DNA from: Edwardsiella hoshinae NBRC 105699 = ATCC 33379
GTDB taxonomy: Bacteria; Pseudomonadota; Gammaproteobacteria; Enterobacterales; Enterobacteriaceae
Direction of reading: 5' to 3'
Length of the DNA: 32,000 nt
Assembly: GCF_000474215.1 (NCBI RefSeq)
Contig: NZ_BAUC01000010.1
Coordinates: forward strand, 89,382-121,381
Positions 11,405 to 18,900 of this stretch are shown here, piece after piece (the first letter of the stretch is position 1; the number at the start of each line of letters is the position of its first letter). The notes beneath the pieces are model-generated. The model was not told the origin of the DNA. It ran no database searches and saw only the letters and a list, made by a program, of their open reading frames with translations. The position numbers were made by a program, and so were the translations under genes.

Positions 11405-11794
11405 TTAGGCATCGGCCTGAAATAAGGGAAGCAAATCTACGCCTGCATTTAAGGTTGCCAATTGGCGTATGGCGATCGCCGCCTCTTTCGGCGGTGTCTT
11501 GCGTGTTCTTTTCAAAAAGGCATGCAATACCACCAGATCGTTCGTACGGTTTAGCGTAAACAACACCCGCGCAGACTGCGCGCCGCAATCCACCCGTAGT
11601 TTATAAATGGTACCTTTGTACCCCCATATCGCGGGCTTGAGGATCTTCAGACCGGAAGCAGCATAGATCGTATTCTGTGCACTGAAGGCCGCCAACTTCT
11701 TGTTGATCGCCTCGGCTAATTTCCCAGATGCCTGCGCAAAAAAATACGCGAGCGGTGCCCCCGCCTCCTCAGCCGAAAGACAAAGAATTTTCAT
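11405..11794 (-). CDS. Phage-derived Gp49/HigB-like (RelE superfamily) toxin-like protein
   Basis: IYKLRVDCGAQSARVLFTLNRTNDLVVLHAFLKRTRKTPPKEAAIAIRQLA matches the Gp49-like/HigB C-terminal pattern (YKLR..R.LF....V.LHAF.KKT.KTP..E...A). No cognate antitoxin was recognised adjacent. Confidence 0.7.
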   Translation of the reverse strand: MKILCLSAEEAGAPLAYFFAQASGKLAEAINKKLAAFSAQNTIYAASGLKILKPAIWGYKGTIYKLRVDCGAQSARVLFTLNRTNDLVVLHAFLKRTRKTPPKEAAIAIRQLATLNAGVDLLPLFQADA

Positions 11795-12131
11795 ACTGTG
11801 CTTACCCATAATTGTTCTTGGGGACCCAACAGGTATTGAGCGACCATCCCACGCAATGCCCCACGTCGTAACGGATAATACGTGATTGCTTAATACACAG
11901 ACCCTCCCGCGCGTTACTATTAGATAATCGGCGCATCAGCCAGTTGACAGATGCACACCCTTGGCGCAAAACAGCATGGCATGATGTGCAAGTAACCTAA
12001 GCGTACTGGACTGCCCCCAGAAACCACTTGATGCCGGTTGAAGCTGGTTGATCTCAGGATACAAAGAGGGATTGATATATAAGGGATTACAAGGGGTTTT
12101 ATTGACGTCGGGAGAGTTCGGTAGAGGCTAA

Positions 12132-12152
12132 TTGGCGGAAGATCACAGGAGT
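12132..12152. repeat. Distal att site of the satellite
   Basis: TTGGCGGAAGATCACAGGAGT, identical to 21972-21992. Confidence 0.93.
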
Positions 12153-12280
12153 GCAAAACGATGCACAACACAATGAAATATAATGATATTACTAAAACTC
12201 AACAGTGAGGATATACACTTTCATATACACTTTCAAAGCGCCAACCAGTTTCACTTATTGCGACTAATAATTAAACAGCA

Positions 12281-12440
12281 AAAAAACTTTTTTTAGGAAA
12301 AACCGTTCACACTGTTCACTGTGCATTTTTATCGTTTAAATTCATTGCATTACACCGTGAATGGTTGGTGAACAGTGAACACTTTACTGTTCATTTTTAC
12401 GGGTTTTCAGGCAAAAAAAGACCGGCTGCGGCTGGTCTGG
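12281..12440. repeat. crr-like replication region, copy A
   Basis: Near-identical to 12611-12770 at a constant offset of 330 bp; contains several GTGAACAGT/ACTGTTCAC elements resembling P4 type I iterons (GGTGAACAGA class). Confidence 0.75.
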
Positions 12441-12590
12441 ATACAGATACAGGCGCCGCTGACGCGAGATGATGTTGGCATGATCAACATACACCCCCAT
12501 CCGACTCCGGCAGCGCTTCATTGGAGTTCTGGTGTGACTGGAGCAGCGCGCAGGCACTCATCGGGTCACTGAGCTGCTACACCACCAGAA
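12441..12590 (-). pseudogene. Degenerate 3' fragment of a P4 alpha-type primase gene
   Basis: 12441-12521 resembles 12985-13068 (CAGATACAGGCGCCGCTGACGCGAGATGATGTTGGCAT... versus CAAATACAGGCGCGGCTGACGCGGGATGATGTTGGCAT...). 12518-12585 resembles 13110-13180, so an internal segment is missing. Confidence 0.75.
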
Positions 12591-12610
12591 TATAAGCATG
12601 TCATCCACAG

Positions 12611-12770
12611 AAAAAACTTTTTTTAGGGAAAACCGTTCACACTGTTCACTGTGCGTTTTTATCGTTTAAATTCATTGAATTACACCGTGAACGGTTGGTG
12701 AACAGTGAACACTTTACTGTTCATTTTTGAGGGTTTTCAGATAAAAAAAGACCGGCGGCTGCCGGTCTGG
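12611..12770. promoter_or_regulatory. crr-like replication region, copy B
   Basis: Inverted and direct GTGAACAGT-type repeats (CCGTTCACACTGTTCACTG..., ...CCGTGAACGGTTGGTGAACAGTGAACACTTTACTGTTCA) immediately 3' of the alpha gene, as in P4. Confidence 0.75.
12743..12767 (-). terminator. Rho-independent terminator of the alpha operon
   Basis: On the minus strand GACCGGC-AGCC-GCCGGTC followed by TTTTTTT, just after the stop codon at 12781. Confidence 0.85.
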
Positions 12771-12780
12771 TTCGGTGGTA

Positions 12781-15108
12781 TTACTCTGGCGCGTCACACT
12801 TTGGTAGCCAATCGGCGTTACTCTCCTCCCTCAGCGCAAGATTGGTCTGTATGCCCTGATTTTTACGGCGCTTCTCATAATTCACCCCGTACTCTTTCAG
12901 CATCGCGGGCAACCCCTTGCCGAACATGGTGAGGCTGAGCGTGTTCTTGTAGCCGTGTGCCTCCATATACGCCAGGTAGGCATGATACAAATACAGGCGC
13001 GGCTGACGCGGGATGATGTTGGCATTGCCAATATACATGCCATCCGGCTCTGGCAGCGCCTCAAGGTAGCCACAAAAATCAAATGCCGGATCGGCATCGC
13101 GTTTGATGCAGAGTGCCTCATCGGAGTTCTGCTGTGCCTGGAGCAGTGTGCGGGCCGTCATCGGGTCGCTGAACTGCTGCATCAACTGGCGCACAATCAC
13201 CGCCAACTCGCAGGCGATTTTCTCCTTAAGCTGTGGGTCGCGCTCCTCCGGGGCAATCTGCTCCGGGAAATGCAGAATTACCCGGCGGCGGGAAACGCCG
13301 CCGCTGCGATCGGTAAAGCGCATCGGGTTATTGTTCACCGCCAGGATCACCGCCGGAATATGGGTGGAGTACGGGTTCTGGTATTTCGGATCAACAGAGA
13401 CGGCATCCCCGCCGGTAATGGCCTTAAGTCCCGCGCCGTCACCGCTCCACTTCTCCTGATCAGGTAGACGTATCAGCGAGAAACCAATCAGGGATGCGCG
13501 CTTGCGCGGATCTTCCAGTGTGTCGATGTCAGCCGAGGTGGCGTTATCCGCCCCGGCCAGCAAGGTGGCAATCTCGGCCAGAATGCTTTTTCCGCTGCCG
13601 CCCGGCCCGGTCACTTCGAGAAAAAGCTGCCAGTCGTAACGGTTCGCCAGCACCATAAACAGGGCGGCCAGTATCACATCGCGTTTATCGGCACGACCAC
13701 CGGCGGCACGGTCAAGCCAGCGCCAAAAATTCGGTGCATGGGTTTCCAACGTTTCACCCGCCACGGGTGGGGTGAAATCCACGTCGCACAGCGTGCGCAA
13801 CCAGTGTGATTTACAGTGTGGGCTAAAGATCCCGATGCTGGTATCGAGTACCCCGTTACGAAAGCCAATCAGACGACGCGCCGGTATATCCTGCTGCGGA
13901 ATAATCAGTTTCAGGGTATCAATGACCGAGGCAATTTTCCCCGACGAGAACGGCGCGCGCAGGCGCTGAAACAGCCCGGCCACATCACGGGCAAAATCGG
14001 ATGATGGAATGATTTTCCATATCCCGGCCTCATAGCGTGACAATAGCTGGCCGTTAGCATCGACGGCCAACGCTTCGCCGTAATGCTCATGCACCCGCAT
14101 CGCCTTTTCACTGGTGCTCATGGCGGTAAACTCCGCCTCGCTCATGGTGTTAAACGGGCTCTCCGCTACGGGGCGGATAGCGTCATAAATCGCTTTCCGC
14201 GTGGCCGCCTCGCCTTTCTGCATAAAGGCATCATTCCAGTCACCGAACACCGGCGGCTGGGCAACCATGCCCTCACAGGCTTCTGCGGCCGCGGCGGCTT
14301 TGGTCTGACCGTCGCCGTTGAGGTCACGGTCGGCTGCCAGGACAATCTGACAGGCCGGGTATTTCTGACGGGCAAGGCTAACCAGAGAAAGGAGGTTCAC
14401 GGACGACAGCGCCACCATCACCGTTTCATCAGTCAGATGATGTACGGTGAGGGCCGTGGCATAGCCCTCCACAATCCACAGACGTTTCCCGGCCTGTTTC
14501 TGGCCATCAATGGTATGGCAGGTGCCTTTTACCTGTCCGCCTTTCAGCGTGCGTTTCAGGCCGTCTGTGTTGATAAGCTGGAGATTCACCAGCGATCCGC
14601 CCTCGTCATACAGCGGCACCACCAGATCCCCGGCCCGATAAATGACCCCGCCGGTTTTGTGCGTGGCTGTCAGCACTGCGCACGCATGAGCGGGGAACCC
14701 CTTGCGGATCAGGTAGGCATTCGCGGAGGCCGTGCGGGTTTTGGCCATCAGTTTTACGGCCAGCGCGGCTGCCGCTTTGCGGTCGGCATCGGTTTTAGCC
14801 TCTGCGGCCGCAATCACCTCCGGGGCAACCGGCGGCAGGGTGCCGATCACCGCGTTCACCTTATCGGCCGCGACTGATGCCGTAACACCCAATACCTTTT
14901 CGACCAGCGTCAACCCATCCCCGGCACCGCACTGGTTACAGAGCCAGGTGCCTCGCCCCTCCTTGTCATCAAAGCGAAAGCGATCTGTACCGCCGCATAC
15001 CGGGCAGGGCTGATGGCGGTTTTTCACTATCCTCATCCCCAGCGCTGGCAGAATGTGTAACCAGTGGCCGCGCGCCAGATTAACGGTGTCCGTGACGTTC
15101 ATGTTCAT
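12781..15108 (-). CDS. P4 alpha-type primase/helicase
   Basis: 775 aa; zinc finger CPVCGGTDRFRFDDKEGRGTWLCNQCGAGDG, Toprim-like region (GKRLWIVEGYATALTVHHLT...VLAADRDLNGDGQTKA), SF3-like helicase Walker A GPGGSGKSILAEIATLLAG. Confidence 0.95.
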   Translation of the reverse strand: MNMNVTDTVNLARGHWLHILPALGMRIVKNRHQPCPVCGGTDRFRFDDKEGRGTWLCNQCGAGDGLTLVEKVLGVTASVAADKVNAVIGTLPPVAPEVIAAAEAKTDADRKAAAALAVKLMAKTRTASANAYLIRKGFPAHACAVLTATHKTGGVIYRAGDLVVPLYDEGGSLVNLQLINTDGLKRTLKGGQVKGTCHTIDGQKQAGKRLWIVEGYATALTVHHLTDETVMVALSSVNLLSLVSLARQKYPACQIVLAADRDLNGDGQTKAAAAAEACEGMVAQPPVFGDWNDAFMQKGEAATRKAIYDAIRPVAESPFNTMSEAEFTAMSTSEKAMRVHEHYGEALAVDANGQLLSRYEAGIWKIIPSSDFARDVAGLFQRLRAPFSSGKIASVIDTLKLIIPQQDIPARRLIGFRNGVLDTSIGIFSPHCKSHWLRTLCDVDFTPPVAGETLETHAPNFWRWLDRAAGGRADKRDVILAALFMVLANRYDWQLFLEVTGPGGSGKSILAEIATLLAGADNATSADIDTLEDPRKRASLIGFSLIRLPDQEKWSGDGAGLKAITGGDAVSVDPKYQNPYSTHIPAVILAVNNNPMRFTDRSGGVSRRRVILHFPEQIAPEERDPQLKEKIACELAVIVRQLMQQFSDPMTARTLLQAQQNSDEALCIKRDADPAFDFCGYLEALPEPDGMYIGNANIIPRQPRLYLYHAYLAYMEAHGYKNTLSLTMFGKGLPAMLKEYGVNYEKRRKNQGIQTNLALREESNADWLPKCDAPE

Positions 15109-15122
15109 TGTTGTTTTCTCCC

Positions 15123-15443
15123 TCAGTGCAATACCGGCGCGTTAATGTGACGGGCGCAGAGTTCATCCATCACGATAATGCCGAGAAAGGACAGTGACGG
15201 GGCGGCCTTGAGTGGTCCGGCTTCCATTAAGTCTTCCAGTAACGCACAGGCAATCTGGCGGCCCTTCTCCTCACCGTGCTGGCGCAGGTAAAAGCCCTCC
15301 AGCTCGGTGGCAATGGCATTTTCCAACGTATCAAGGGTGAGTGCCGGATAGCGGTGCTGACGTACGCACAGGGTCAGCCAGGCGCAGGCAACGGCACGAC
15401 GGTACAACGCGGCACGCAGGACAGGCGGTAATGGCGTAGTCAT
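15123..15443 (-). CDS. P4-family small conserved early protein (DUF5375-like)
   Basis: [106 protein letters not shown]. Start overlaps the upstream stop (ATGA). Confidence 0.8.
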   Translation of the reverse strand: MTTPLPPVLRAALYRRAVACAWLTLCVRQHRYPALTLDTLENAIATELEGFYLRQHGEEKGRQIACALLEDLMEAGPLKAAPSLSFLGIIVMDELCARHINAPVLH

Positions 15444-15667
15444 ACATTGTCCTCCCCGGCAAGCCAATGCTGGTTACAGCGCTCGACCACGCCATCGAGC
15501 TGGGCAGTCATCAGGTAAATCAGGGAGGTAAGCTGGAGCTTTTGATCCGGGTTACGTTGAACGGTGACACACGCCTGTTCCTGCATCAGTTCACCGACCA
15601 GTTGACCAACATTGCGCAGGTGATCGAGGCATTCGAGGTCTTGCAAGGCGATAGCGGTATGTTTCAT
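15440..15667 (-). CDS. P4-family small conserved early protein
   Basis: [75 protein letters not shown]. Overlaps both neighbours by 4 bp, indicating a translationally coupled operon. Confidence 0.75.
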   Translation of the reverse strand: MKHTAIALQDLECLDHLRNVGQLVGELMQEQACVTVQRNPDQKLQLTSLIYLMTAQLDGVVERCNQHWLAGEDNV

Positions 15668-15858
15668 GCGCACACCCCCGCCACCGGCAGGCGACCGGCA
15701 AAGGACAGGACATACTCACGGGCAAGGGAACGGCGGGCACTGCGTTCGTTATCAGCTACGGTGCGCAGCATACAGATAGGGGAATGACGATCAGCGCGGC
15801 GGACAGCGGCGAAGACAAAGACAAACTGCGAGTGTGACGGGGTGAGGATCGTAGCCAT
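15664..15858 (-). CDS. Icd-like (host cell division inhibitor-like) small protein
   Basis: Internal ATG at 15858: [64 protein letters not shown], typical of Icd-like C-termini in P4-like elements. Confidence 0.7.
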   Translation of the reverse strand: MATILTPSHSQFVFVFAAVRRADRHSPICMLRTVADNERSARRSLAREYVLSFAGRLPVAGVCA

Positions 15859-16061
15859 GATGGCAACCTCCAATAAGTAGCGGTAAATGCCACCACCGGA
15901 GTTCCTACGCTCATGGGTGGTGACCCGGACGGGGGTAGGAATACCGGCCTTATTGGAAACCGGCCAGCCCGAAGGCTGCCCCGCCCGGGCCACCATTATC
16001 TGACAGGGGCCATGGTGTAAGCACCACAGCCCAGAAAATGGGTATGCCTGGACAACGACGC

Positions 16062-16083
16062 AAAAAAAGACGCCTGGCGCGTC
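16062..16083 (-). terminator. Rho-independent terminator inside the early leader, probably part of the P4-type immunity region
   Basis: Minus strand GACGC-GCCAG-GCGTC followed by TTTTTTT. Confidence 0.7.
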
Positions 16084-16211
16084 TGGTGTCGCCAATAAGT
16101 AACTCGGGTTCCTACGCCCGGCTGCCGATTTTGCGACAGCGGAAAAACTATACCCAGAAACAGCCAACAGAAGCAAGCCAGAAAAAGGGGGGGTTTGCGG
16201 TGCGGGGATCA

Positions 16212-16478
16212 TCATGCGTCGTAGCCCCGGTTACGGTCGGCGATACGATCGGCCATCCACGCGGTGATTTCTGACTGTACCCAGGCCACATTTTTTCCGC
16301 CGAGGGAGATTTGTTTCGGAAAGGCTTCCCGGCTGATGAGGTCGTAAATGGTCGAGCGGGATAGGCCGCACAGATGCATCACTTCGGGCAGGCGAATAAA
16401 GCGCTCGTAAACGGTATCAGAAACCGGCATCAGCGGCGCGGCAGGAGCAGAAGATGGGGAAGAAAAAGCGGTGTACAT
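16212..16478 (-). CDS. AlpA/Vis-like helix-turn-helix regulator
   Basis: 88 aa; [57 protein letters not shown] is the AlpA-family pattern. Confidence 0.92.
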   Translation of the reverse strand: MYTAFSSPSSAPAAPLMPVSDTVYERFIRLPEVMHLCGLSRSTIYDLISREAFPKQISLGGKNVAWVQSEITAWMADRIADRNRGYDA

Positions 16479-16621
16479 CAGGCTACCTCACAAAGTCCAT
16501 ACAGTGCCGGTCGTGTCCGTCCGGCTTCGGGTAGCTCTCTATTTTGTGAATATTTTCCCTCAGGGCAACAAGTCATTTTGTAGTGCTCCACCATACAACA
16601 GAGCGATTTTTATACAGTGGC

Positions 16622-16651
16622 AAACGTTGGCCGTTTTTTGGTAAACGTTGG
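16622..16651. promoter_or_regulatory. Two AAACGTTGG repeats spaced 21 bp apart upstream of alpA
   Basis: AAACGTTGG at 16622-16630 and 16643-16651; candidate operator sites. Confidence 0.4.
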
Positions 16652-16745
16652 CAAACCGGTGGCCCATTCATGATTACTTTTATTTCTATATTTTCTTTTT
16701 TTAATCGTTAAAAAATCTAAATAACAGGCAGACTGAAAAAACAGA

Positions 16746-16852
16746 GAGTGAACAGTAGTGAACAGTCGGTGAATAGTTTTATCTCAACTGTTCACCATTT
16801 ATCTTACTGTATTACTTATCTTTTTATTTCAAGTGAACAGTAGTGAATAGTT
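16746..16852. promoter_or_regulatory. ori-like iteron cluster
   Basis: GTGAACAGT at 16748, 16758 and 16833; GGTGAATAG at 16768; inverted ACTGTTCACC at 16787; GTGAATAGT at 16843. Located just upstream of sid, as ori1 is in P4. Confidence 0.75.
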
Positions 16853-17027
16853 ATTTATAGAAAAACAAACAGAGAGACGTTTACCCACCCCTTTCTCTGG
16901 CTAGCCCCCCTGATTGCCGTTCTGCCCGATTCTGTTTGTGCCATCCCTGCGACAACCGTGATCGCTCGTGTGGTTGTGTGGTGCGTTGCAGAATGATTTC
17001 ACCTTGATCACGCAGCAGGAGAAGACC

Positions 17028-17780
17028 ATGAAACCAACCACTCACCCCCAACAAGAGACGGCGATCCCCGCCGTGCTGGATAAGGCATTCCAAGTGCTGG
17101 AGAGCGCCAAAACTCATCATCTGAATAACGTGCACCGGATGGATGAAATCCAGCATGCCATCGAGCAGGCCCAACAGCAGAAAACCCGTCTGGAACAAAC
17201 GGGCCTCGATGATACGCAAGCCTGGCGCGAGCAATTCCTGCGCAATGGTGCCGTGCTCACCGATGAGCTCAAGCAACAGCATATGGAGCGTGTCGCCCGC
17301 CGGGAGCTGATGCAAGAGTGTGAGAACGCTGCCGAGGTATTGGCTTATGAACTCGAGCAGGGAAAGGGCACATGTTGCAGCTCAGCAAAAGCCTACCGTG
17401 ATGCACACTTTTCGCTGTTAAACGACTACGTGCAGCGCGAGTTTGAGACCACCCTGTCACAGGGAGCCCCTGCACTCATCCGGGCAATCAAGCTCAAAAT
17501 TTTCGCCTTGCAACAACAACGCTATCGCGCTGGCCATCATGACATTGAATCGGCCGAAAAAGAGGTTCTGGCAGAAATCAGTCGATGGCTGAAAGCGCAA
17601 GTAGACCAATATGAGATCCGTTTAAACGATGAGCCGGTACTGTACAAAATAGGGTTATCGCCCAGCCCACTCCCCCATATGGACTATGAGCTCGCCGCAA
17701 CACCGGCACAGAGCATGCGTTTTTACGAAGAAATGCAGCAGCGTAAAGCCCAGCTTCAGGCGCGGGGGCTGATCGCATGA
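17028..17780 (+). CDS. sid: Sid-like capsid size determination protein
   Basis: 250 aa; shares the layout and motifs of P4 Sid, e.g. VLTDELKQQHMERVARRELMQE, AYRDAHFSLLNDY, EPVLYKIGLSPSPLPHMDYELAATPAQ, LQARGLIA. Confidence 0.85.
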   Translation: MKPTTHPQQETAIPAVLDKAFQVLESAKTHHLNNVHRMDEIQHAIEQAQQQKTRLEQTGLDDTQAWREQFLRNGAVLTDELKQQHMERVARRELMQECENAAEVLAYELEQGKGTCCSSAKAYRDAHFSLLNDYVQREFETTLSQGAPALIRAIKLKIFALQQQRYRAGHHDIESAEKEVLAEISRWLKAQVDQYEIRLNDEPVLYKIGLSPSPLPHMDYELAATPAQSMRFYEEMQQRKAQLQARGLIA

Positions 17781-18019
17781 TGCATTGCCCTTTTTGCGGT
17801 AAATCCGCCCATACCCGCAGCAGCCGATACTTATCGGATAACGTCAAGCAACGCTATCACCAGTGCACCAATGTTCACTGCTCGGCGACGTTCCGCACGC
17901 TGGAATCCATCGATGAAATTATCCATCAGCCAGCCAAGCCGGTAACGGCAGAACGGCCAACACCACAGGCGGAGCCGCGCCGGGTATCCGGTTGCTATCG
18001 ATCTCCCTTTTCACATTAA
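17777..18019 (+). CDS. Ogr/Delta-like zinc-finger late gene activator (single domain)
   Basis: 80 aa; MMHCPFCGKSAHTRSSRYLSDNVKQRYHQCTNVHCSATFRTLESI with C-x2-C-x22-C-x4-C. Overlaps sid by 4 bp. Confidence 0.9.
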   Translation: MMHCPFCGKSAHTRSSRYLSDNVKQRYHQCTNVHCSATFRTLESIDEIIHQPAKPVTAERPTPQAEPRRVSGCYRSPFSH

Positions 18020-18033
18020 CCGAGAACACCAAC

Positions 18034-18609
18034 ATGACGACAACCCCATTACAAAAAGCGGCAATGGCGTGCCAAGCGGCCAAAACACGTTGGCAGGATA
18101 GCCGTCAGGCATGGACCAAGGCGACGCTAGAGATGGCTAGCCTACAGGCCGATAGCAGCGGCAAGTCTGGCGATCGCCTGGCCTATCTGCGTGAATTGAT
18201 CGCCGTGAAACAGTGGGAGATGAATCAACACGCTGATCGATACCTACATGCCCATGATGAACTGTTGCGTGTCAGTGTGCGTACGGAGCTGCGCAGCTTC
18301 ATGCAACGTCACGGCACCGAGCTGCTCAGTGCGCTGGCCCCGGAGTTAATGGGGCTGAATCATCAGCCGGAACTGTTACGCACACGGGCCGCCGATCGGG
18401 CACTGGAATACCTGCGGGAGGCGCTGGCCGTCAGTATGACCATCAGCCCGGCCATTGAGTACGCCGAGGCCAGTCGGGATATTTTAAACAGTGCGGGACT
18501 ACGGCCAGAAACAGCGGCCCGGCAGGATGCCATCAGCCGCACGACGCCTGCCGAAAACCTGAAATTTATGCACCGAAAAATCGCACTGGAACAGCAGCGC
18601 CCGGCATAA
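18034..18609 (+). CDS. psu: Psu-like polarity suppression/capsid decoration protein
   Basis: 191 aa from MTTTPLQK; shares P4 Psu motifs: LAYLRELIAVKQWEMNQHADRYLHAHDEL, FMQRHGTELLSALAPELMG, GLRPETA. Confidence 0.88.
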   Translation: MTTTPLQKAAMACQAAKTRWQDSRQAWTKATLEMASLQADSSGKSGDRLAYLRELIAVKQWEMNQHADRYLHAHDELLRVSVRTELRSFMQRHGTELLSALAPELMGLNHQPELLRTRAADRALEYLREALAVSMTISPAIEYAEASRDILNSAGLRPETAARQDAISRTTPAENLKFMHRKIALEQQRPA

Positions 18610-18644
18610 AAAAATCGCCGTAAATCCCCGCATTTTTTCTCTAA

Positions 18645-18675
18645 AAAGCCATGCATGCATAGCGTGCATGGCTTT
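18645..18675. terminator. Hairpin downstream of psu
   Basis: AAAGCCATGCA (18645-18655) and TGCATGGCTTT (18665-18675). Confidence 0.5.
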
Positions 18676-18775
18676 GCATGCGCCTTACGATATTTTCTAA
18701 CCCTCGCCGTGCCAGTCCTGGCGCGCCCTGCGCCGTCTCATGCACCTGCATTAAAAGCACCCCATGAAGCGGACA

Positions 18776-18794
18776 GGCGAGGCGGGGAAAGCAT
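18776..18794. promoter_or_regulatory. P2/P4-type cos-like sequence
   Basis: GGCGAGGCGGGGAAAGCAT closely resembles the recalled 19-nt P2/P4 cohesive end. It lies directly after psu, the cos position in P4. Confidence 0.75.
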
Positions 18795-18900
18795 TGCGCG
18801 CTAGGCGCTTAGCTAAAGTAATTGATTCAGAGGATAAAAACGCGTAGAAAAAGGTGTGAAACTTCCCCTATCAGTGCTCCACTTAAAGGATAAATAGAAA

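Noticed and set aside
12375-12932. Pair of similar short + ORFs (MNTLLFIFTGFQAKKDRL... at 12375 and MNTLLFIFEGFQIKKDRR... at 12705)
   Set aside because: Their similarity comes from the duplicated iteron/terminator DNA (crr copies A and B), not from a real protein family.
12955-13467. 170-aa + strand ORF and 118-aa + strand ORF (13103-13459)
   Set aside because: Shadow ORFs opposite the alpha gene C-terminal half.
14083-14877. 264-aa ORF on the + strand
   Set aside because: Antisense to the P4 alpha primase/helicase gene (12781-15108); composition is typical of a high-GC shadow ORF and no family is recognisable.
15664-16215. Full-length 183-aa ORF (ash/Icd-like annotation)
   Set aside because: It crosses an intrinsic terminator on the same strand; only the C-terminal 64 aa from 15858 is taken as a likely protein.
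18363-18656. 97-aa minus-strand ORF
   Set aside because: Antisense to psu with no recognisable family.
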